Below are positions 41,260-49,674 of a stretch of DNA of 64,000 nucleotides, in pieces. The DNA is from an uncultured Chloroflexia bacterium (GTDB lineage Bacteria; Chloroflexota; Anaerolineae; CG2-30-64-16), in contig CAWEMM010000006.1 in NCBI GenBank assembly GCA_963810095.1, positions 1,856,168 to 1,920,167 on the forward strand. The letters are read 5' to 3'. Every line of letters begins with the position of its first letter. The first letter of the stretch is position 1. Made by a program: the position numbers and the translations under genes. The notes beneath the pieces were generated by a model, which ran no database searches, had not been told where the DNA came from, and worked only from the letters and a program-made list of their open reading frames with translations.

Positions 41260-43758
41260 ATGGCAACTAGGAAACGCACGCGCAGCAGCCCGAAAAAGGG
41301 CAAGACCGGTCCGTCGCTGGGCCAGTTTCTGAGAGGTGAAATTGCCGGGAGCATCCTGGTGCTTCTGGCGATTCTCATCTTCTTGAGCTTGCTCTCCTCC
41401 AGCCGGGGCGACCTGACGCAAGCCGCGGTCGGTGGGCTCCAGATGCTCTTCGGCGTCGGCATGTGGCTGGTTCCGTTCCTGCTGGGCGGGTTTGGCGTGT
41501 GGTTGGCCTTGCGCGACGTGACTGAGGGTGAGCCCTGGTCCGCATGGCGGATCGTCGGCGCCTTCCTCCTGTTTCTCGCCTTCCTCGGATTTGCTCATCT
41601 CTTTGCCGGCCTCCCCGACGTCAGCCTGCCCCAGTTTGAGGGCCAGGGCGGCGGCATGGTCGGTTGGCTGCTGAGCGGCGCGCTCGTCGGCGGGCTCGGG
41701 CCGGTGGTCGCGGGCGTGCTGTTGTTGATGATCGTGGTCGTGGCGGTCATCGCGCTCTCGGGCCGTTCGCTGGCCGACGTAAGTGCCTGGCTGCAGGCTT
41801 TTTGGGGCAAGCTCCTGAACAAGCCGGGTTTTGCCGAGAAGCCGAGCCTGCCCGCGATGAATGGCCTGCCCGCAGGCTCGCGCAGCGCCCCACCCTTGCC
41901 GCTTGGCGAGCCGCGCGAGCCCAACCCGTTCGCGCGTCTCTGGCGGAAACTGGTGCCCGAGAAGAACGACGCGCTGCTGCCGCCGTGGGAGCCGCCGAAG
42001 AACAGCCCGGTGATCAACGGGAGCCGGACGACGCCCCCGGTTAAGGCGGGCGCGATAGCGGCCGTGGGCGCAGCACTCGCCGGCGCCAACGGTCGTGGGG
42101 GACCCGAGCCGGCTAACCGGGGCATGACCCCCGCGCAGGCCGGGCCGCCTCAGCCCCGGATCATCGGCGGGACGGGCCAGACCTACCGGCTGCCCGTGCT
42201 AAGTGACATCCTCGACGACGTCAGCGACAACGACATCCAGCAGGAAGACCTGCGGCGCCGCGTGCAGATCATCGAACAGACGCTGGCCGGCTTCGGTGTC
42301 CCGGTCAGCGTGGTGGAGGTGAACCAGGGCCCGGCCGTGACGCAGTTCGGCCTGCGTCCGGGGGTGATCGTGCGGAAGGACCGCAAGGGCGAAGAGAAGC
42401 ACGTCAAGGTGCGCGTCTCGCAGATCCAGGCCCTCTCGAACGACCTGTCGCTGGCATTGGCCGCGTCGCCCATCCGCATCGAAGCGCCGGTGCCGGGCCG
42501 CGACTTCGTGGGCGTCGAAGTGCCGAACGTGCAGATCTCGCTCGTGTCGCTGCGCGGCGTGATGGAGTCGGAAGAGTGGCCGGCCACGAAGGGCGTGCTG
42601 AAGTTCGGGCTCGGCCGCGATGTATCGGGCCAGGCGTCGGTGGCCGACGTTTCGCGCATGCCGCACATGCTGATCGCCGGCGCCACCGGCTCGGGCAAAT
42701 CTGTCTGCGTCAATGCGATCATCACGTCGCTCCTGCTCACACACACGCCCGACACCTTGCGTTTCCTGATGGTCGATCCTAAGCGGGTCGAGCTGACGGT
42801 CTACAACGGCATCCCGCACCTGATCGCGCCGGTCGTGGTCGACGTGGAGCGGGCGGTGCCCGTGCTGCAATGGGCGACCAAGGAAATGGAGCGGCGCTAC
42901 AAGCTGTTCGCGAAGCTGGGCGCGCGCAACATCGAGGCTTATAACGAGAAGCTGCAGGCGCGCAACGAGCCGACGCTCCCCTACATCGTCATCATCATCG
43001 ACGAGTTGGCCGACCTGATGCTCTCCGCACCGGAGGAGGTCGAGCGTTATATCTGTCGCATCGCGCAAATGGCCCGCGCAACCGGCATGCACCTGATCCT
43101 CGCCACACAGCGGCCGTCGGTCGACGTAGTAACGGGCCTGATCAAGGCGAACTTCCCGGCGCGCATCGCGTTCGCCGTGACGTCGCAGGTCGACAGCCGC
43201 GTCATCCTCGACACTCCGGGCGCGGAGCAGCTGCTGGGACGCGGCGACATGCTCTTCATGGCGCCCGACCAGTCCAAGCTGCAGCGCCTCCAGGGCTGCT
43301 TTGTCTCGGACCGCGAGACTGCGCGTCTGGTCAATTTCTGGCGTGGCATGCGCGCACTCAACGAGCCGAACGACCTGATGGAAGGTGAGAGCAGCCTGGT
43401 GAAAGGCAGCGACGGCGGCGCGAGCGGCGAGGGCGACATGGCCGGCGCGGGCGGGAACGCCGGCGGCGAGGAAGATGCGAACCAGCCGCCCTGGCTGCCA
43501 GGCCAGGAGACCCTCCAGCAGCCCCTGTGGAATGAGATGGCCGCGCTGGAGGGCGCCGCAGAGGGCAAAGATGACCTGTACCGGCAGGCCGTCGAAGAGG
43601 TGCGGAAGTCGGGCAAGGCGAGTATATCGCTGCTGCAGCGCCGCCTGCGCATCGGCTACTCCCGCGCCGCCCGCCTGATCGACGAGATGGAAGCAAACGG
43701 CGTCATCGGCCCCGAGCAGGGCGGCACCCGCGGCCGGGACGTCCTGCCCATCAAGTAG
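41260..43758 (+). CDS. ftsK: DNA translocase FtsK/SpoIIIE
   Basis: 4TM N-terminus, PHMLIAGATGSGKS, IIDELADLM, ATQRPSVDV, gamma domain SISLLQRRLRIGYSRAARLID. Confidence 0.97.
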   Translation: MATRKRTRSSPKKGKTGPSLGQFLRGEIAGSILVLLAILIFLSLLSSSRGDLTQAAVGGLQMLFGVGMWLVPFLLGGFGVWLALRDVTEGEPWSAWRIVGAFLLFLAFLGFAHLFAGLPDVSLPQFEGQGGGMVGWLLSGALVGGLGPVVAGVLLLMIVVVAVIALSGRSLADVSAWLQAFWGKLLNKPGFAEKPSLPAMNGLPAGSRSAPPLPLGEPREPNPFARLWRKLVPEKNDALLPPWEPPKNSPVINGSRTTPPVKAGAIAAVGAALAGANGRGGPEPANRGMTPAQAGPPQPRIIGGTGQTYRLPVLSDILDDVSDNDIQQEDLRRRVQIIEQTLAGFGVPVSVVEVNQGPAVTQFGLRPGVIVRKDRKGEEKHVKVRVSQIQALSNDLSLALAASPIRIEAPVPGRDFVGVEVPNVQISLVSLRGVMESEEWPATKGVLKFGLGRDVSGQASVADVSRMPHMLIAGATGSGKSVCVNAIITSLLLTHTPDTLRFLMVDPKRVELTVYNGIPHLIAPVVVDVERAVPVLQWATKEMERRYKLFAKLGARNIEAYNEKLQARNEPTLPYIVIIIDELADLMLSAPEEVERYICRIAQMARATGMHLILATQRPSVDVVTGLIKANFPARIAFAVTSQVDSRVILDTPGAEQLLGRGDMLFMAPDQSKLQRLQGCFVSDRETARLVNFWRGMRALNEPNDLMEGESSLVKGSDGGASGEGDMAGAGGNAGGEEDANQPPWLPGQETLQQPLWNEMAALEGAAEGKDDLYRQAVEEVRKSGKASISLLQRRLRIGYSRAARLIDEMEANGVIGPEQGGTRGRDVLPIK

Positions 43759-43765
43759 TTACGGA

Positions 43766-43822
43766 CCACAAAGGCACGAAGACACCGTGTTCGAGACTTC
43801 GTGCCTTTGTGTCTTTGTGTTA
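43766..43822. repeat. CACAAAG...CTTTGTG palindromic intergenic repeat
   Basis: CACAAAGGCACGAAG...CTTCGTGCCTTTGTGTCTTTGTG. Confidence 0.65.
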
Positions 43823-43850
43823 AGGTTCTTCTCCACGAAATGAGATAGGC

Positions 43851-45371
43851 ATGACGCGTCGCGTGATCCTGGCGCTGATCCTCGTCGTCTACTTCGCCCT
43901 GGGCACGCTGTTTGCGGTCCAGACGCCCCTTTGGCAGGCGCCCGACGAGCCCGCCCACTACAATTACGTCGCCTACGTGGCAGAGAAAGGCGCCTTTCCC
44001 GTCCTCCATCCCGGCGATTACCCGCACGACTACCTCGAGCAGATCAAGACGGCGAAGTTTCCGCCAGACATGCCTATCACTTCCATCCGGTACGAGTCGC
44101 ACCAGCCGCCCGCGTATTACGTGCTCGCCGCGCTTGTGTATTCGCTGACAGGCGGCAGCGTGATCGCCTTGCGCCTGCTCTCGGTGTTGCTCGGGGCGGG
44201 GATCGTCCTGTTTGCGTATAGCATTGGGCGGCAAACGGTGCCTGGCGACGCACGAATCGGGCTTGCCGCCGCGTCGGTCGTCGCGTTTCTGCCCCAGCAC
44301 CTGGCGACGGTCTCCCAGGTGGGGAATGACGTCCTGGCCGAGCTGCTGCTGGCGGCGGTGCTGTATATCTCGGTCGGCATCCTCAGCGAACCGCGTTTCT
44401 CCGCGGACAAACCAGGTTTCGCGCCGGCGTCGCCGGCACCAGAGAAACCTGGTTTGTTGAGGCTTGCCGGGCTCGGCGTCCTGCTCGGGCTCATCCTCGT
44501 TACCAAGACGACGGCCTATATCGCAGTGCCGCTGGCGCTCGGCGTCGTCGTATGGCGTTGGGTGCAGGACAAGCCTCCGTTCCGGCGCGTCCTCATCGAA
44601 GCGCTCGCGGTGATATTGCCGGCTGCGGCGATCGCCCTGCCATGGTATGCGCGCGATATCTACGTGTACGGCTGGCCCGACTTCCTGGGCCTGATCCGCC
44701 ACGAGCAGATCGTGGTCGGCCAGACGCGCACGGCGGACTTCGTTGCGCAGAACGGCTGGCCGGCGTATTGGCAGCGGACCGTCGAATGGACCTTCAAGAG
44801 CTTTGTCGGGGTGTTTGGCTGGATGGGCGTGTGGCTCGACAGCCGGGTGTACTATCTGATGGGCCTCTGGCTGGCCGCACCCCTTGTCGCATGGCTTGCG
44901 GCTCGGGTCACGCGCGCGCAGGATGAATCGGAAGAAGCGGCGACCGCCGGTCAACGGTCGATCTTCGCGTTCCTCGGCCTTGCGACGCTGCTGACCTTGG
45001 TGGCCTACGTTTACTACAATATCACATTTCTGCAGCATCAGGGCCGGTACCTCTTTGCCGCGCTCATCCCGGTCGCGGTCTTTCTAGCGTTCGGTTGGCG
45101 ATCCGCGTTCGCGCCGGTTCCGGGCCGGGTGCTGTCCGTCGTCCTGGCCGGGTGGTCGGCGCTGCTGGCGGGTTGGGGCCTGATCACGCACCATGGCCTT
45201 CCCAAGTGGCCCATCGCCATCACACTGGTGTTTGCCCTGGGGATCTTCCTTGCCGGGCTGCTGCCCGAGCGAGCCCGGCGGTGGGCGTACGCGGCGCCCT
45301 TCGCGCTCCTGCCACTGGTGGCGCTCTACGCGCTGTTCGGCGCGATCGTTCCGGCGCTCGCCCTGCCCTAA
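43851..45371 (+). CDS. GT-C fold glycosyltransferase (GT39/ArnT-like, DUF2142)
   Basis: PDEPAHYNY, YESHQPPAYY, ND.LAE, TK, SF.G.FGW, QGRYLF; many TM helices. Confidence 0.85.
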   Translation: MTRRVILALILVVYFALGTLFAVQTPLWQAPDEPAHYNYVAYVAEKGAFPVLHPGDYPHDYLEQIKTAKFPPDMPITSIRYESHQPPAYYVLAALVYSLTGGSVIALRLLSVLLGAGIVLFAYSIGRQTVPGDARIGLAAASVVAFLPQHLATVSQVGNDVLAELLLAAVLYISVGILSEPRFSADKPGFAPASPAPEKPGLLRLAGLGVLLGLILVTKTTAYIAVPLALGVVVWRWVQDKPPFRRVLIEALAVILPAAAIALPWYARDIYVYGWPDFLGLIRHEQIVVGQTRTADFVAQNGWPAYWQRTVEWTFKSFVGVFGWMGVWLDSRVYYLMGLWLAAPLVAWLAARVTRAQDESEEAATAGQRSIFAFLGLATLLTLVAYVYYNITFLQHQGRYLFAALIPVAVFLAFGWRSAFAPVPGRVLSVVLAGWSALLAGWGLITHHGLPKWPIAITLVFALGIFLAGLLPERARRWAYAAPFALLPLVALYALFGAIVPALALP

Positions 45372-45454
45372 TCGGACTGGAACCGGCAAGGGTGATGGGC
45401 GCGATGACTGCACTCGGATTTTGTTCAGCCGGGTAGACCCCGCGGGAGGGAGAC

Positions 45455-46354
45455 ATGTGTGGCGGCTTGAATGCCATGAAGACACCCTCCGGATGGCAGG
45501 AGTTCCTCGCTTCGGCGGGCGCCGCGTTCCTCGTCCTCTTCCTGGTCGCCGGGTGCGCATACGGCTCGCCCCGACCCGTGCCGCCACCCTCCGCTGCCGC
45601 GGCTCAAGTCGTCGTGCCTACGGCCACGCAACGTGCCGGCTCGTCGTCCACTGATGCGGCCGCGCTGCTGCGGGGGGCCGCGGAGCGAAATACAGCTGTG
45701 CGAACTGCGCGCGGGCTAATCGCCCTGGAAATCCGTGGCGCGGGAAGTCTGCCGGCCGAGCCGCTGACGACTACGATCGAATTCGAGTACGCGAAGCCTA
45801 ACATCCGCCTCACCGCGAAGCAGCGTCCTTCTGCACCGCACCAGGTGGAGATGATCCTTACGAACGAAGCCGCGTACGTGGGCGTCGAAGACCAGTGGCT
45901 GGCGACAACGCCGGGCACGCGCCCCACGGAGGTGAAGCTCCTGGGCTTCGATGCGCTTCCCGCGTTCCTGCAGGCTGCCGTCAAGCCCCGGCTGGTGGGG
46001 CCGCAGGAAGTCCGTGGCGTGCCTTGTACGATAATCGGGTTCGACCTGGCGCCCGACAAGCTGCAAGAGCTTGGGAACCTGGCAGCATTCAAGCGAGCGG
46101 CGCGCGACGGCGTCACCGTCGACGGGCTGGAAGCTGAGGTTGCGATCGGTGCGGACGACGGGCGCGCTCGACGGCTGTCGTTGGTAGTCCGGGGCCGCGA
46201 GAACGGGGGATCCAAGGCGGCTTTTGTCATGGCGGCGTCGGTCGATCTCTGGGACTTCGATGCACCCGACATCGCTGTCGCGCCGCCTGGTCAAGCCGAC
46301 ATTTTGGACCTCGACGGGCTGCTGGGCTTGACGCCGGCGCCCACTGCCCAATAG
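45455..46354 (+). CDS. Lipoprotein (LppX/LprAFG-like)
   Basis: Lipobox LVAGC; GGAGG RBS; beta-rich body ending WDFDAPDIAVAPP. Confidence 0.6.
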   Translation: MCGGLNAMKTPSGWQEFLASAGAAFLVLFLVAGCAYGSPRPVPPPSAAAAQVVVPTATQRAGSSSTDAAALLRGAAERNTAVRTARGLIALEIRGAGSLPAEPLTTTIEFEYAKPNIRLTAKQRPSAPHQVEMILTNEAAYVGVEDQWLATTPGTRPTEVKLLGFDALPAFLQAAVKPRLVGPQEVRGVPCTIIGFDLAPDKLQELGNLAAFKRAARDGVTVDGLEAEVAIGADDGRARRLSLVVRGRENGGSKAAFVMAASVDLWDFDAPDIAVAPPGQADILDLDGLLGLTPAPTAQ

Positions 46355-46487
46355 CATTAGGTGCGGGTATCATGGCGATGCGCGTGCGCCCGCCGGGTCC
46401 GTGCTCTGGCACATTCCCGGTGCCTTGCCGGCGGCACGATCCCCGCCGCATTGATCTTTAGAGACCGATTCGAGGGAGGACACGACT

Positions 46488-46862
46488 GTGGAAGCGAACC
46501 AATCTACACCGGCGACGGTGGAGGAGTACATTGCCGAGTTCCCGACGGACGTCCAGGCGATCCTGCTGAAATTGCGCGCGCTCGTGAAAGAGCACGCTCC
46601 GCAGGCAGAAGAGCGGATTTCCTACCGGATGCCAGGTTATTATCTGAACGGCCCTCTCGTTTACTTCGCCGCCTTCAAGCGCCACATCGGCCTGTTCCCC
46701 ACTGCGGCCGATCTCGGGCCGCTGGAAGCCGAACTGGCCGGGTATAAGCGGTCCAAGGGCACGATTCAACTGCCCCTGGCTCAGCCCATGCCGTACGATC
46801 TGGTCGTCCGGATCGTCCAGTACCGGGTCGCGCAGAACCTGGAGAAGGGCAAGCAGGCGTAG
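46488..46862 (+). CDS. DUF1801/YdhG-like protein
   Basis: TVEEYIAEFP, EERISYRMP, VYFAAFKRHIGLFP, KGTIQLP. Confidence 0.9.
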   Translation: MEANQSTPATVEEYIAEFPTDVQAILLKLRALVKEHAPQAEERISYRMPGYYLNGPLVYFAAFKRHIGLFPTAADLGPLEAELAGYKRSKGTIQLPLAQPMPYDLVVRIVQYRVAQNLEKGKQA

Positions 46863-46920
46863 GGCAGCCGGCCGACCGCAGCGGATCGGCACCTGGGACG
46901 AAGCGCAAGAAGAAAATGGC

Positions 46921-46963
46921 CGCGTCACGTGCCGGCACTTCCCAAGTGCCGGCACGTGACGCG
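46921..46963. repeat. Perfect 20-bp inverted repeat (REP-like or hairpin)
   Basis: CGCGTCACGTGCCGGCACTT-CCC-AAGTGCCGGCACGTGACGCG, no U-tract. Confidence 0.7.
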
Positions 46964-47014
46964 AGTTGATTCTGCGAGGGGTTTAGGCCGGACCGCGCCT
47001 TCCTGCGGCAGTGC

Positions 47015-47053
47015 TTGACAGGCGGAGTGACGGGCGAGATAATACATCTGTTC
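47015..47053 (+). promoter_or_regulatory. Sigma70 promoter with overlapping candidate LexA box
   Basis: TTGACA-17 nt-GATAAT; ATAC-ATCT-GTTC overlapping the -10. Confidence 0.5.
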
Positions 47054-47168
47054 TGTTTTGGTGTGTGGCGGCGGGCCGGACGAGGCGCGTGGCGGGCAGG
47101 AGACTTGGCGCGAGGCCGGACCTGCGCTAAACTCAAAGGGCGATGGAACATGGTGGCGAGGCGAAGGG

Positions 47169-48554
47169 ATGATATCGGGACAGGTTGACGAGCGGCGGCT
47201 GCAGCGCCTCGAGCGACTGCGCAAACTGGGCGTTCGCAAAGGCGCTCAGCACCTCGCGCGCCCGCACGAGGCGACCCTTGAATCCGCGCCGCCGGACGAC
47301 CCCTATCTCCCCGGCGCAGAGGTCCAGACCCCCTTTGGCCCCGCATGGGTGCGCGAAATGCGCTATCCGCTCGCCGACCACCCCGAGCTGGCGGAATGGT
47401 TGACCGTTTCGCCCGATGCACTCGCGGCGCTCGACCACACCGATTTGCTGCTCGACCTGACCCCGAAAGGCGCCGTCTTCATCGATACCGAGACGACGGG
47501 TCTTTCGCTTGGCGCGGGCACGTATACCTTCCTGATCGGTGTTGGCACCTATGAGCGGCCGGCAGTAACCGATGCGGAAGACACACGCCCTTCGGCTGCG
47601 TTTCACTCCGCTCAGGATGCCGGTGCTTTCGTCGTCCGGCAGTACTTCATGCGCCACCCGGGCGAGGAGCGCGCTCAGCTTCATCTGGTGGATGAGGCCA
47701 TTAGCGGCGCGAGCGGCATCGTCTCGTTCAACGGGCGCGGCTTCGACATGCCCTTGGTGTATAACCGCTTTGTGCTGGCGTCTATGCCGCTGCCGCTTGT
47801 CGGCGCGCCCCATCTGGATCTGCTGCACCCCGCACGCCGGCTGTGGAAGATGCGCTGGGGTTCGTGCAGCCTGGGCAGCCTGGAGCACAACGTGCTTGGC
47901 CTGGCGCGGACCACGGAAGACGTGCCGGGCTATCTCATCCCGGACATTTATCGCCAGTACTACCTCACGGGCGTTACCACGGAAATGCTGGCGCGGGTGT
48001 TCTACCACAACCTGCAGGACGTGGTGTCGATGGCGCTGCTCGGTGCGCGCATGGCCCGCCATTTTACGCGGGAGAGCGTGGATATCGATCACGATGACCT
48101 CGACCCGCTGGAGTGTGTGAGCCTGGCGCGCTGCTACGACAGGCTTGGTTGGGTGGAAGCCAGCGTGCGGTGCTATCGCCGGGCCATCCGGCGCGCCGCG
48201 CTGGCAGAGAGCCAGGTGCTGGCATTGCGCGAGCTGAGCCTGCTGTACAAGCGGCTGGAGTGGCGCGAGCAGGCCGCCGAGCTCTGGGAAGAATGGATTA
48301 GCACCGTGCCGGGCGGCAGCCGCGCCTTGCCGGGGGAAGACCTGACGCCCTACGTGGAGTTGGCGAAGCATCACGAGTGGCACACGGGTAACCTGCCCGC
48401 AGCCCGGGGTTGGGCCGCGTGGGCCTTGCGGATTGCGGAAAGCTGGCCGCCCGGCTTCGTGCGTGACGATGTCGTGGCGCAATTGAGCCACCGCCTGGCG
48501 CGCATCGAGCGCAAGCTGGCCGGGCAAAGTGAAGGGGAAGAGACGGAAGCATGA
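47169..48554 (+). CDS. YprB/MrfB-like RNase H-fold exonuclease with TPR
   Basis: FIDTETTGL, FLIGVG, SFNGRGFD, HLDLLH.ARRLW, YHNLQDV, VELAKHHE. Confidence 0.88.
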   Translation: MISGQVDERRLQRLERLRKLGVRKGAQHLARPHEATLESAPPDDPYLPGAEVQTPFGPAWVREMRYPLADHPELAEWLTVSPDALAALDHTDLLLDLTPKGAVFIDTETTGLSLGAGTYTFLIGVGTYERPAVTDAEDTRPSAAFHSAQDAGAFVVRQYFMRHPGEERAQLHLVDEAISGASGIVSFNGRGFDMPLVYNRFVLASMPLPLVGAPHLDLLHPARRLWKMRWGSCSLGSLEHNVLGLARTTEDVPGYLIPDIYRQYYLTGVTTEMLARVFYHNLQDVVSMALLGARMARHFTRESVDIDHDDLDPLECVSLARCYDRLGWVEASVRCYRRAIRRAALAESQVLALRELSLLYKRLEWREQAAELWEEWISTVPGGSRALPGEDLTPYVELAKHHEWHTGNLPAARGWAAWALRIAESWPPGFVRDDVVAQLSHRLARIERKLAGQSEGEETEA

Positions 48555-49474
48555 ACAACACCGATCTGTCGCTGGTGGTGTTGGCGGCCGGTATCGGCAG
48601 CCGGTACGGTGGGCTGAAGCAAATGGACCCGATGGGCCCGAGTGGCGAGATCATCATCGACTACTCGGTCTACGACGCGCTCCGTGCGGGCTTCAACAAA
48701 GTGGTTTTCGTCATATCGAAGGCTATCGAGGATGCCTTCCGCGAGCGGATCGGCCGGACCATCGAAAAGCAGGTCGACACAGCTTACGTGTTCCAACGGA
48801 TCGACGACGTGCCCGCCGGGTTCGTCATGCCCGAAGGCCGCAAGAAGCCCTGGGGAACGGCGCACGCGACGTTGACGAGCCGCAGCGCTGTGAACAGTCC
48901 CTTCGCAGTGATTAACGCCGACGACTTCTACGGGCGCACGGCGTACCAGAGCGTGGGCGATTACCTGCGGGCCACCGCCGGTCAGAGCGGCATTCCGGAT
49001 TACTGCATGGTCGGCTATCGCGTTGGCAACACGCTGACCGAGCACGGCACCGTCGCGCGGGCCGAGTGCCAGGTCGATGCCAACGGCTACCTGGTGGCCG
49101 CCATCGAGCGGACCAAGATCGCCCGTGCCGACCACGGCGCGCAATACACGGAGGACGGCGAGCACTGGACGCCGATGCCTTTCGAAGCGCCGGTGTCCAT
49201 GAACTTCTGGGGGTTCACCCCCGCCGTGTATGACGAGCTGGCGGTCGAATTCCCCCGCTTCCTGGAGGCTAATCGAGCCAACATCGAGAAGGCCGAATTC
49301 TACATTCCCAATTTCGTGTCAGACCTGATTCGAACGGACCGGGCACGGGTCAAGGTGCTGCCGACGGCCGAGAAGTGGCACGGCGTGACGTACGCGGACG
49401 ACAAGCCGCAGGTCAGGGCGGCGCTGCAGGGGCTGGTAGACGCGGGGCAGTACCCCGCGAAACTGTGGGGCTGA
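48551..49474 (+). CDS. Sugar-phosphate nucleotidyltransferase family protein
   Basis: LAAGIGSRYGGLKQ, KPWGTAHA, INADDFYG, SMNFWG, W.GVTY. Confidence 0.9.
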   Translation: MNNTDLSLVVLAAGIGSRYGGLKQMDPMGPSGEIIIDYSVYDALRAGFNKVVFVISKAIEDAFRERIGRTIEKQVDTAYVFQRIDDVPAGFVMPEGRKKPWGTAHATLTSRSAVNSPFAVINADDFYGRTAYQSVGDYLRATAGQSGIPDYCMVGYRVGNTLTEHGTVARAECQVDANGYLVAAIERTKIARADHGAQYTEDGEHWTPMPFEAPVSMNFWGFTPAVYDELAVEFPRFLEANRANIEKAEFYIPNFVSDLIRTDRARVKVLPTAEKWHGVTYADDKPQVRAALQGLVDAGQYPAKLWG

Positions 49475-49674
49475 GATCGTTGGAACGCAAAGCCGCGCAG
49501 GGAGTTGAAGGTCGCGAAGCGCGCAGGCTGGGTACACGAAGAGAAGAGGCGAAATTTCGGCGCCGCGCGCGCTGCGTTCGTCGTCGCGCCTTCGTGTTCC
49601 AAAGGTTGTATAATGTCCTGTAGGAATCATTTCGGTTCGTCGCGGCGCGTTGCGGCGACCGTTTAGGAGGCGTG

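Noticed and set aside
49475-49674. SRP RNA (ffs/scr) upstream of dnaX as in Bacillus
   Set aside because: No SRP domain IV motif (CAGG..GGAA..AGCAG) found; the region holds palindromic repeats and a TATAAT
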